A stretch of 64,000 nucleotides of DNA from a bacterium (GTDB lineage: Bacteria; UBA8248), in assembly GCA_965202625.1 (NCBI GenBank), contig CBDBBI010000010.1:1184001-1248000 (forward strand), written 5' to 3'. Positions 8,670 through 17,448 of the stretch are shown here, one piece after another; within the stretch, counting starts at the first letter, position 1; each line of letters opens with the position of its first letter. The notes beneath the pieces are model-generated. The model made no database searches and was not told the origin of the DNA. It worked only from the letters and a program-made list of their open reading frames with translations. A program made the position numbers and the translations under genes.

Positions 8670-9899
8670 TTGGGTCTTCGCGTTTCGACTGGAGCTATTA
8701 TCGCCGTGCTTCTCGGAGGCACAGCATATCTAGCGCAACAATACCACGTGATGAAAAGTTTATTGCAAAAACGAGAGATTGCGCTTTCCCGGGAAAGGGG
8801 TAATTCCGAGAAATTAAAGCAGGACATCCTCCGCCTTGAATCTATAGAGAGGGGCACCGCCCAATCTCAAGCGCAAAAGATGGGGCGGCGCATCGCGAAG
8901 AAAACCACCGAGAGTGAGAGGGGGAAAACTGCGAACCAGAACCTCGCCCAGACGCTCCAGAGCAGCCAGAAAGAAATCGTTCGCCTCAAGAAAGCCAGGG
9001 CGCGGCTCCAGGCGCAAGTGCGAGAGCTAAGCCAGCGCATCGCGGAGAAAACCACCAAGAGTGAGAGGGGAAAAACCACGAACCAGAACCTCGCCAAAGA
9101 GCGCGCAGAGGAGATCGTCCGCCTCAAGAAGGCCAGGGCGCGGCTTCAGGCGCAAGTGCGGGAGATGAGCCAGCACATTGAGGAGAAAACTGCCGTGGTC
9201 AACTTTATCAACGACAAGCTGAATCAGACACGCTTGAGCTTGGCCGAGGCGATAAAAAAATATTCTTTGATGATCGCCCGCTCAAAAAAACTGGAGAAAA
9301 AAGCGCGCGAAGAAGCTGAACGGGCGAGAAAACTAGAAACCGATTTGGACGAGATGAACGACAAATTAAACAAGCAACTCATCACTTTGCGACGGACCAA
9401 AAACTTACTCCGCGTAACCATCGTGAACAGATTTTTATTCGATTCAGGAAGTGCTGCGCTCAGCAAAAAAGGTATCGAGACGCTTTCAAAAATTGCGGAA
9501 TTTCTCCAAACGCAGAAAGACAAAATGATTCGAATCGAAGGACATACGGACAACCAGCCAATTCATGGGAACCTGCGCCGCCGGTATCCCACAAATTGGG
9601 AACTCTCATCCGCACGCGCCATTTCCGTAGTCAAATTCCTCGAGTCAAAAAACATATCACCAAAGCGCTTGTCCGCAATCGCCTATTCATTCCATCGTCC
9701 CGCGACCAGCAACGATACCGAAGAGGAACGCGCCAAAAACCGGCGAATCGTCATACTCCTCAGAAGCCCGCGACCAAGCGCCGGAGAGCTGACGCCCTTC
9801 GGCGCGCGCTCGAATCAAAATCAAATGACGAGCACCCCTTCAAGCGCAGAGGCAAGCGGCTTTTCCGCTATCACGGCAGCTGTAAGCCTATCTTCCTGA
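8670..9899 (+). CDS. OmpA/MotB-family peptidoglycan-binding protein with N-terminal anchor and long coiled coil
   Basis: LFDSGSA, IRIEGHTDNQPI, NWELSSARAISV and RAKNRRIVI motifs, with an N-terminal hydrophobic segment. Confidence 0.9.
   Translation: MGLRVSTGAIIAVLLGGTAYLAQQYHVMKSLLQKREIALSRERGNSEKLKQDILRLESIERGTAQSQAQKMGRRIAKKTTESERGKTANQNLAQTLQSSQKEIVRLKKARARLQAQVRELSQRIAEKTTKSERGKTTNQNLAKERAEEIVRLKKARARLQAQVREMSQHIEEKTAVVNFINDKLNQTRLSLAEAIKKYSLMIARSKKLEKKAREEAERARKLETDLDEMNDKLNKQLITLRRTKNLLRVTIVNRFLFDSGSAALSKKGIETLSKIAEFLQTQKDKMIRIEGHTDNQPIHGNLRRRYPTNWELSSARAISVVKFLESKNISPKRLSAIAYSFHRPATSNDTEEERAKNRRIVILLRSPRPSAGELTPFGARSNQNQMTSTPSSAEASGFSAITAAVSLSS
8888..9190 (+). repeat. Intragenic tandem duplication (147-bp and 138-bp units plus a partial third)
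   Basis: Units start at 8888, 9035 and 9173. Both full units encode RIAxKTTxSERGKTxNQNLA...EIVRLKKARARLQAQVRExSQ. Confidence 0.9.
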
Positions 9900-11074
9900 A
9901 GAACCGCATTCGCCACGCGCTGAATATCCTCCTCCCCCACGGAGTCGATATCCGCCAATTCCTCCTCCACGGGATAAATCTTGCCTCGGAGCATGAGGTT
10001 CGCACCATTGCGTGCCGCATGATATTCCGAACTCTCATGTATCTGGAGATTGCCCTTGAGGTATCGCTTCGCTTCTTCAAGCTCTTGGCCCGTCACACGC
10101 TCGCTCTTGAACTTCCCCGCTTCGGATAATATCACCTCGGTCGCTTCGACCGCCTTTTCGAGCGCCACGCCCGCCTTCATTTCAATCATCCCCGTGTCGG
10201 TGTAGCGATGCGCCGCCGCGCCCACGCTGTAGGCGAGCCCCCGCTTCTCGCGCACCTCGGTGAACAACCGGCTGCTCATCTTTCCGCCCAGCACGTTGCA
10301 CATCACCCGGAGCGGAACGCCATCCTCACCGTCAAAACCAAAGGCGCGAAACCCGAGCGCGAGATTCACCTGATCGGTCTGACGAGCCTGGTCCACGATT
10401 CTGGCCGCGCTCTTCTCTGGCAAACTTGGGGACTGGGGCTTCTCGTCGCTTCCGGTACGACCCCCGAAGTATTGCTCAGACAACGCCGCCACTTCTTCGT
10501 GCTTCACGCCGCCCGCCACAGAAATGACGGTGTTACCTGGGGCGTACCATTTTTCTATCAACTCGCGCATGTGCTCAGGTTCTATCGCGTTGATGGTCTT
10601 CCGGTTTCCGATGACGCCCATTTGCAGGTTATACACGGTGGTTTCCAGCATATCCGACACCCAGATTCGCGGCATATCCTCATACATCTTCAACTCTTCC
10701 AGGATGACCAGCCGCTCCCGCTCCCATTCCCCTTTGTCCAGCAAGCAGTTGTTCACCGCGTCGGCATATACTTCAAGGACGACGGGGAAAGCATCGGCCG
10801 GCGCCGTGAAGTGATAGCAAGTCCGCTCGGGCGCCGTGTTGGCGTTGACAGCCGCTCCGTTTCCCTCCATCTCACGCGCGATATCGAGCGTTGTTCTCGA
10901 GGGCGTTCCCTTGAAGACCATGTGCTCAAGGGCATGGGAAACCCCCACCACCTCATCGCGCTCGTGACGACCGCCACAGCCAAAAAATATATGGAAAGCC
11001 ACAGCCGCCGATTGCGGACGTTCGGCCGTCACCACGCGAATGCCATTAGAGAGCTTATCCTCAACAATCTTCAT
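9821..11074 (-). CDS. M16 family (pitrilysin-like) zinc peptidase
   Basis: HALEHMVFKGT inverted zinc motif (HxxEH) and SSRLFTEVREKRGLAY. GGGAGG SD before ATG 11074. Confidence 0.93.
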   Translation of the reverse strand: MKIVEDKLSNGIRVVTAERPQSAAVAFHIFFGCGGRHERDEVVGVSHALEHMVFKGTPSRTTLDIAREMEGNGAAVNANTAPERTCYHFTAPADAFPVVLEVYADAVNNCLLDKGEWERERLVILEELKMYEDMPRIWVSDMLETTVYNLQMGVIGNRKTINAIEPEHMRELIEKWYAPGNTVISVAGGVKHEEVAALSEQYFGGRTGSDEKPQSPSLPEKSAARIVDQARQTDQVNLALGFRAFGFDGEDGVPLRVMCNVLGGKMSSRLFTEVREKRGLAYSVGAAAHRYTDTGMIEMKAGVALEKAVEATEVILSEAGKFKSERVTGQELEEAKRYLKGNLQIHESSEYHAARNGANLMLRGKIYPVEEELADIDSVGEEDIQRVANAVLQEDRLTAAVIAEKPLASALEGVLVI

Positions 11075-11129
11075 GCAGCCTCCCAAATTGAAAGAGCGCG
11101 AACCCCTTCACCATTGCATTGTGTTTTAT

Positions 11130-11216
11130 TGGTGCCGGAGAGAGGACTTGAACCTCCACGGGCCGAAGCCCACTAGAACCTGAATCTAGCGCGTCTACCA
11201 GTTCCGCCACTCCGGC
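11130..11216 (-). tRNA. tRNA-Leu(CAG)
   Basis: GCCGGAGTGGCGGAACTGGTAGACGCGCTAGATTCAGGTTCTAG...GGTTCAAGTCC...CCGGCACCA. Anticodon CAG, long variable arm, encoded CCA. TTGACA-N17-TATAGG lies upstream. Confidence 0.96.
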
Positions 11217-11365
11217 GAGGAAGATTCACAGTCCCTCCTATATCGGGGGGTGAGCGCGTTGTCAAGGATTCAAAACGATGAACGCAAACCACCTCATCAT
11301 CTGATATGATGGGGAGCTCTCAAAAACAACCCCGCATCCGACTCCAGCACGGCGCTTTTGAGGAT

Positions 11366-11594
11366 ATGCGCAAACTCACTCTCTACATCCGATGCGATTG
11401 TCATCTGTGCGATGAGGTGCTATTTTTTGGACCTCGTCATCGACGAGATAAATGTGGACGCAAACCTAGAATTAAGGCGCCTGCACGGCGACGAGGTGCC
11501 CGTAGGCTATCTGGGGAAAAGGAAGGTTTTCAAATTCCACATGGACGTCCACCGGTTGCGTCGTCTGCTTGACGAGCGCAACGCGAAACCATGA
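11366..11594 (+). pseudogene. Glutaredoxin-like (DUF836-type) gene, frameshifted with an internal deletion
   Basis: MRKLTLYIRCDCHLCDEV in one frame and LDLVIDEINVDANLELRRLHGDEVPV...KVFKFHMD in another. The junction is near the T6 run at 11423-11428, and the helix that follows CxxC is missing. Confidence 0.7.
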
Positions 11595-12179
11595 GCCTGT
11601 CCGCCTTCTATGGATTCATCATCGTCATCTCTCTAAGCGGCGTCATGTCGCCCGGCCCCCTCACCGCGTTTCTCATCACGCGCGGCAAATAAAACCCCTG
11701 GGCTCGCGCCTGGGGCGCCTGGATCACCATCGAACACGCCTTGGTCGAAATGCCGCTCATCATCGCCCTGTTCGCCGGGTTGCAACCTCTTTTTGAGATG
11801 GAATGGACCCGTGAGAGCATCTCGCTGCTGGGCGGCGCCCTCCCCTCAAGAAAAAGAGCACGTATCGACAAAACGCCCTCGCCGGCGGCGTCCTGCTCAC
11901 GGCGATGAACCCCTATTGGGCTTTATGGTGGCTCACCGTGGGAACGAACATCATCACAAGAGCGAGCGAATTCGGCTCTTGGCCGGCCTTGTGGGAATGA
12001 TCATCGTCCACCTGCTAGCGGACGCCGCTTGGGCCGTGTTCATCACATGGGGGGCGAACCGGGGGAGCCTCATGGTCGACGCGAGCGGATGGACGAGAAT
12101 CGAGCAAGGGTGCGCATGGGCCATGCTCGGATTCGGGCTTTTCTTTCTCTGGAATGGCCTAGTGGGAATGCTGACCTAG
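11591..12179 (+). pseudogene. LysE-family translocator pseudogene
   Basis: MSLSAFYGFIIVISLSGVMSPGPLTAFLITRGK ends at TAA (11690-11692). HALVEMPL, NPYWALWWLTVG and HLLADAAW follow, spread over different frames. Confidence 0.8.
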
Positions 12180-13108
12180 CCTCTCAATTTTTTTCGGCCG
12201 TTTTCTATGTCGACGCGAATTTGCCTGACGAGTTCCTTGGGGCCAGAAAACTTCTTCTCCTCGCGCAGCCGGGAGACGAACTCCACCCGCATGGATTTTC
12301 CATAAAGATCTCCCTCCCAGTCCAGCAAATGGGTTTCGAAGGTCAGGCTCTTCCTATCGAACGTGGGGCGACGGCCGATGTTCACAACGGCGGGATATCG
12401 CCGACTATTCTTTCCCTCGAGTCGCACCCAGCAGGCGTAAACCCCATTTTCAGGAATCAGGACGGATGGATAATCCAGGTTCGCCGTCGGTATACCGATT
12501 TGCCGACCCCTCCCGTCGCCACGAACCACTTTGCCCTCTATGAGATGGCACTGCCCCAGCAGACGCGCGGCGTCCTCCACCGCCCCACTCAGCAACAGCT
12601 TTCGTATTTCCGTGCTACTCACCCGTCTTCCCTCAAACATGTAAGGGTCCAGCACGCGCGTCTCAAACCCGGCGTCCGCCCCCTCACGCTCCAACAACTC
12701 TACGTTCCCAGCACGCCCTTTTCCAAAGCGGAAATTGAACCCTATAACCACCAGTGAAGCCTTGAGACCCTTGCCAATGATCTCGCGCGCGAAATTCCTC
12801 GCCTCGGTTCGCGCCAGACGGGGCGTAAACCTCTCAATGACCACAGCATCGAGACTCTGCTCTTCCAGGCGGGCCAGCTTCTCCTCCAAGGTCGTCATCA
12901 GGGGAGGCTGTCTTTCAGGAGAAACGACGGAGAGCGGGTGCGGATCGAATGTCAATATGACGCTTTGGCCGCCGCGTCGATCGGCCTCTTGCTTGATGAA
13001 TCGGCAAATCTCTCGATGAGCGAGATGAACGCCGTCAAAATTTCCGATGCTCAGTATCGAAGGGGAATTTTGGCAGCGATAGACATCCACTCCCTCAAAA
13101 ACTTCCAC
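12176..13108 (-). CDS. ribF: Bifunctional riboflavin kinase/FAD synthetase
   Basis: IGNFDGVHLAH, VSSTEIR, GRGRQIGIPTAN and ETHLLD motifs. Confidence 0.97.
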   Translation of the reverse strand: MEVFEGVDVYRCQNSPSILSIGNFDGVHLAHREICRFIKQEADRRGGQSVILTFDPHPLSVVSPERQPPLMTTLEEKLARLEEQSLDAVVIERFTPRLARTEARNFAREIIGKGLKASLVVIGFNFRFGKGRAGNVELLEREGADAGFETRVLDPYMFEGRRVSSTEIRKLLLSGAVEDAARLLGQCHLIEGKVVRGDGRGRQIGIPTANLDYPSVLIPENGVYACWVRLEGKNSRRYPAVVNIGRRPTFDRKSLTFETHLLDWEGDLYGKSMRVEFVSRLREEKKFSGPKELVRQIRVDIENGRKKLRG

Positions 13109-13357
13109 CGCTCACGCACCTCAGAAGAATCGCGCCTTGCGAAAAACCGTTGCAATCCCAATATTTTCCGCAAAAATCTTTCTAGCAGAGCGTGGCGCGT
13201 TTGCGCAAGAATAATTAAGAATGGGGCTCGCCCTACATCACTCATTCCCAACAAACAATCGGCGTTGAGAGGCGAATTTTATTTTCATCCTCGTACACGT
13301 GATAATGGGATGTTAAGCTGATAGGAAGGTGGAGGTGCTTCAACGAATCTTGAATTC

Positions 13358-15028
13358 ATGATAAATTCTATACGTCAAGCAAACCTTTGGCAAAGTGGAG
13401 CGCAATTTCTTATGAACTCGCCCGCATTGGTTTTTTTTTCTCTCCTCGCCCTCTCGGTTTCTCTTTCCTTATCAGCACCTTGCCGCGCCAACGCGGCCTC
13501 CCCCGTGGAAGCCGCCGCGTCCGTGGAAATTTCACCCGAGCGTCCGCGCAGCGGCGTGGCCCCACCATCGGTCCGGGGTCTCCGCCTCGCCCTATCTATA
13601 CGAGAAGCGGTGAGCATCGCCCTCGCGCGCAACTTCGATATCACTATCGCCAGTTTCAACCCCAGCATCGCGGCAAGCGAAGTCATCAAAGAACGCTCTG
13701 CGTTCGATCCCCTCGTCGTTGCGGACGTCTCCTCCGTCAAATCCAACCTCGAAACGTTGAGCCAACAATCCGGAAGCGTGGAGAAGCAAAAGAACAGCGT
13801 TCAGTCCATATCGGGCGGCTTTCGACAAAAACTCATCACGGGGGCGGAGTATTCCCTCATTTTCGAGGGAATCAAGGAATCAGTACTCCCTACACGAAAT
13901 GCATTCGACCCGAACTTTCAAACCAGCCTCACCTTTACGATCAACCAGCCCTTGCTCAAGAACTTCGGCATCAATTTCAATCGAGCTAGAATTCAGGTGG
14001 CCATGGCCACGAAAGAGCAAACGCTCCACGCCTACCGAAGGGAAGTCATCGAGACGGTAGACGCCGTGGAGCAAGCCTACTGGGATCTCGTCTTCTCGAT
14101 GGAGAATCTCGAATTCCGGCGAAAATCCTTGGAGCTCGCAAAGGACCTTCTGCGCAGAAACAAAATTCAAGTCGAGGTCGGCACCCTCGCCCCGATAGAG
14201 ATAACGGAGGCGGAAGCGACCGTCGCCTCCCGTGAGGAGGCCCTTCTCGTGGCGGAGCGCGAGATCAAGGATCGGGAAGACGCCCTGAAAATGCTTCTGA
14301 ACGTCACCGACAAACCCTCCTCCTGGGGCATCAGCATCCTGCCAACCGAGAAGCCAAGGTTCAACGCCGTCAAGGTGGACGAGATGCGGCTCACGCTCAA
14401 CGCCTTGCGCAAGCACGCTGATCTGGAGAGCGCACGTATTGAAATCAATAAAAGAGAAATCGATCTGAAGGTAGCGAAGCAAAACCTGCTGCCGCAACTC
14501 GATTTGAGCGCGTCCGTCTCCAATAACGCCCTTGGAAGCAAGCGGACAAAGGCCCTAGAGGAGCAATTCGACAACGAGGGATACGTTTTATCCGGCGGAC
14601 TCTCATTTCGCGTCCCCCTTGGGAACAAACGAGCGAGAGCGGACTATCGTCAGGCCCAGCTGAGACGCGCGCAAACGGTGACCTCTTATCACCAGAGGCG
14701 TCAATCCATCATGGAGGAAGTGCGTCGCAGCGCGCGGAGGGTTCGCGTAGACATCAAGAGAATTGAAGCCACTCGCGTCGCCAGAAGGCTGGCAGAGGAG
14801 CGCCTAGACGCCCAGGAGAAAAAATTCACGGTCGGCCTCTCGACGAGCAGAGACATCCTTGAAGACCAGGAAAGGCTGGCCAACGCGCTGACCCAGGAGA
14901 TCCGGGCGCTCATCGACTATCACAAATCCCTCGCTTCACTGGATAGAACCACGCATTCCACTCTCGAGCGCTTTCAGATCGAGATGCGCTATCCCGGCGA
15001 GGCTCAGGAGAAGCCGGCCCCCAAATGA
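13358..15028 (+). CDS. TolC family outer membrane efflux protein
   Basis: Signal peptide, LSIREAVSIALARN, QPLLKNFG, VEQAYWDLV, LLPQLDL and two OEP repeats. Confidence 0.88.
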   Translation: MINSIRQANLWQSGAQFLMNSPALVFFSLLALSVSLSLSAPCRANAASPVEAAASVEISPERPRSGVAPPSVRGLRLALSIREAVSIALARNFDITIASFNPSIAASEVIKERSAFDPLVVADVSSVKSNLETLSQQSGSVEKQKNSVQSISGGFRQKLITGAEYSLIFEGIKESVLPTRNAFDPNFQTSLTFTINQPLLKNFGINFNRARIQVAMATKEQTLHAYRREVIETVDAVEQAYWDLVFSMENLEFRRKSLELAKDLLRRNKIQVEVGTLAPIEITEAEATVASREEALLVAEREIKDREDALKMLLNVTDKPSSWGISILPTEKPRFNAVKVDEMRLTLNALRKHADLESARIEINKREIDLKVAKQNLLPQLDLSASVSNNALGSKRTKALEEQFDNEGYVLSGGLSFRVPLGNKRARADYRQAQLRRAQTVTSYHQRRQSIMEEVRRSARRVRVDIKRIEATRVARRLAEERLDAQEKKFTVGLSTSRDILEDQERLANALTQEIRALIDYHKSLASLDRTTHSTLERFQIEMRYPGEAQEKPAPK

Positions 15029-15468
15029 GTCGTCCCCGAATTCTAGGGATGGACTATGGCGAGAAACGCGTGGGCCTCGCCATCAGCGACTCCTTGGGTC
15101 TAACGTCTCAACCGATGGGCCTCATAGAACGGCAAAACGATGCACAACTGCTTGATGCGTTAACCGAGGTCATCCGTGAGCACAACATTCATTTGCTGCT
15201 CGTGGGATACCCCGTTGGTCTGGCCAACCAGGATACGCCCAGAGCGAAGCGGACCAGAAAACTCATCCGATTCCTCCGAGATAACCTCGAAATTGCCGTA
15301 AGAAAATGGGATGAGCGTCTCAGCACAAAGCAGGCGGAGCGCACCTTACGTGAGACGCAAACAAGGCCGAACCGAAAAACGAAAAGGCGCGACGTTATCT
15401 CGGCCCAACTCATCCTGCAAGCGTATCTGGATCACCAGAAAACGAAGCGCCCATCCTCCCCACGATGA
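15025..15468 (+). CDS. ruvX: YqgF/RuvX pre-16S rRNA nuclease
   Basis: ILGMDYGEKRVGLAISD, WDERLST and DVISAQLILQAYL motifs. Confidence 0.95.
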   Translation: MSRPRILGMDYGEKRVGLAISDSLGLTSQPMGLIERQNDAQLLDALTEVIREHNIHLLLVGYPVGLANQDTPRAKRTRKLIRFLRDNLEIAVRKWDERLSTKQAERTLRETQTRPNRKTKRRDVISAQLILQAYLDHQKTKRPSSPR

Positions 15469-16508
15469 AAAACGAGATGCCAGAAACGGTCCCCCACCCC
15501 GGAAAGCGTCCGCTCGGAAAACTCCTTGTGGCACTTTTCTTCTCCATAAGTTTAGGCACCTTCGTCGGTTATCGCTATATCGACGATGAATTCAGTCGGC
15601 CCGCGAACCCTAGAGCGGAGAAGATCACGCGCATCCACGTTCGCTCGGGCATGTCCTTCGGACAGATTCTCGAACTGCTGAAGGAGAAGGGCTTGATTCA
15701 AAACCCCGGATTGTTTCGCCTTCAGGCCAGATTCAGAGGCGGAGTCAAAACTTTTCAAGCGGGCGTCTATACGTTAAAGCCATCCATGTCTCCGAGAGAG
15801 ATATACGAACGTCTATCAGAAGGCAGAATCGCCCGGCGAACGTTCACCATTCCCGAGGGATACAACGTCCGGAAAATCGCCCGGACGATTCACCGCGCGG
15901 GATTCGCCAGCGAGGAGGAAATTCTGCAGCTCTCCCGAAATCCTTCTTTTCTTCGGGAGTTGAACATTTCCGCTTGCTCTTTGGAAGGATACCTTTTCCC
16001 TGACACCTATGAATTCCCCCTCGGCGTCGCGGCCAAAAAAATTTTGCGCCTCATAGTTCTCACCATGAGACAAAAATTCACGCCCGCCCTCAGAAAGAAG
16101 GCAAAGGAGATGGGCTTCACCATTCACCAAACGCTCACGCTGGCCTCGATCATTGAAAAGGAAACCTCTTTGAGCAGCGAACGACCGATCATCTCCGCAG
16201 TATTCATCAATCGGCTCAAACGAAAAATGCGCCTTCAGAGCGACCCCACCGTCATATACGCCCTACCACATTTCGATGGAAACATCACAAAAAAAGATTT
16301 GCGGCACAATTCGCCTTACAACACTTATCGCCACCGGGGGCTTCCCCCCGGTCCGATCGCCAGTCCCGGGCTCGCATCCATCAAGTCCGCCCTGAACCCC
16401 GCGAAAGTCAAATATCTGTATTTCGTGGCAACCAAGAATGGAGGGCATCAATTCTCCAAAACCTATCGAGAGCACCGCCGCGCCGTAAATCGCTACCAGC
16501 GCAGGTAA
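15465..16508 (+). CDS. mltG: Endolytic transglycosylase MltG
   Basis: LEGYLFPDTY, LASIIEKET, LQSDPTVIY and SPYNTY...GLPPGPI motifs. Confidence 0.96.
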   Translation: MKNEMPETVPHPGKRPLGKLLVALFFSISLGTFVGYRYIDDEFSRPANPRAEKITRIHVRSGMSFGQILELLKEKGLIQNPGLFRLQARFRGGVKTFQAGVYTLKPSMSPREIYERLSEGRIARRTFTIPEGYNVRKIARTIHRAGFASEEEILQLSRNPSFLRELNISACSLEGYLFPDTYEFPLGVAAKKILRLIVLTMRQKFTPALRKKAKEMGFTIHQTLTLASIIEKETSLSSERPIISAVFINRLKRKMRLQSDPTVIYALPHFDGNITKKDLRHNSPYNTYRHRGLPPGPIASPGLASIKSALNPAKVKYLYFVATKNGGHQFSKTYREHRRAVNRYQRR

Positions 16509-16595
16509 GAGAGCCGTTGACGCCTGAGGCACGTCGCAGATGTCATCCTCCGTGCGTCGGCCGAGAGAGGGATTTGCAAAGACCCTAAAAGACGT

Positions 16596-16624
16596 TTGAC
16601 CTTGGATTTCCTATTGCTTATGCT
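16596..16624 (+). promoter_or_regulatory. sigma70-type promoter of the receiver-valS operon
   Basis: TTGACC-N17-TATGCT, 44 bp upstream of ATG 16669. Confidence 0.6.
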
Positions 16625-16668
16625 CTGCCCAACCTACTCAGTGGACGTTCGGACGAGGCCCCAAACAC

Positions 16669-17445
16669 ATGTCGACCAACCTGCTTCTCTTGGACAAAAG
16701 CCTTCTAGTTCAACGGGTCGTAGAATTGGCCTTTCGGGATAAAGGAGTTGACGTTCACACGGCGGAAAGCGCCGATGAGGCCCTCTCCATAGCGGAGAAC
16801 CTGCGGCCGAACGTCATCGTCGCCAGTGTGGACGCGCAAAGCTCCGACGGCATGGACTTCTGTCGGCGGTTGCGCCAAAATCCCATTCTCTCCCAGACAC
16901 CCCTCCTCCTCTTGACGAACGCACATCAGGGAATCGAAGACGCGGAAATAAAAGAAGCAGGGGCTACGGGAGCCGTCGAAAAACCAATCAAACCGCAAAC
17001 GTTCACTATTGAAGTGGAACGCGTCATTGCCTCCGGCAGCGTGCCAGAGCCTGAAGAACGGGCGGATTCAGATTTCCAGAAACGAGCGATTTCCGAAGAA
17101 ACTGCAGATGAAGAGTCTCTGATTCCCGAGGACGTCATAGAGGAGCTCGCAGTACCTCTGCCATCGGATGAAGGAAGCGCGTACCAGAAAGCGGGAGAGC
17201 CTCTCACCCCCCTAGAAGGGGAGAAAGCCGGGAGCGAGGAGGAAAAACCACCCCCCTCTGTTGCAATCCAGATTGGACACGGTGAAAAACTCGACGCCGC
17301 CCTCCAAAAATGTTTGGAACGAACCGCAGAGAAGTTCGTCCCCACATTATTACGCCGCCTAGAAGCAACTGTGGAGGAGCAACTTCCCGACTTGATAGAG
17401 CAAATCATCATTCGAGAAATCGAAAAAATCAAACGCGGAGAATAA
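16669..17445 (+). CDS. RomR-like atypical response regulator (receiver, acidic/Pro linker, helical C-terminus)
   Basis: Receiver fold with a KP motif but Ser at the phosphoacceptor position. C-terminus is QLPDLIEQIIIREIEKIK. Lies directly upstream of valS. Confidence 0.75.
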   Translation: MSTNLLLLDKSLLVQRVVELAFRDKGVDVHTAESADEALSIAENLRPNVIVASVDAQSSDGMDFCRRLRQNPILSQTPLLLLTNAHQGIEDAEIKEAGATGAVEKPIKPQTFTIEVERVIASGSVPEPEERADSDFQKRAISEETADEESLIPEDVIEELAVPLPSDEGSAYQKAGEPLTPLEGEKAGSEEEKPPPSVAIQIGHGEKLDAALQKCLERTAEKFVPTLLRRLEATVEEQLPDLIEQIIIREIEKIKRGE

Positions 17446-17448
17446 ACG

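Noticed and set aside
11130-12179. tRNA-Leu-anchored genomic island
   Set aside because: No integrase and no repeated tRNA 3' fragment. The decayed genes lie on the 5' side of the tRNA.
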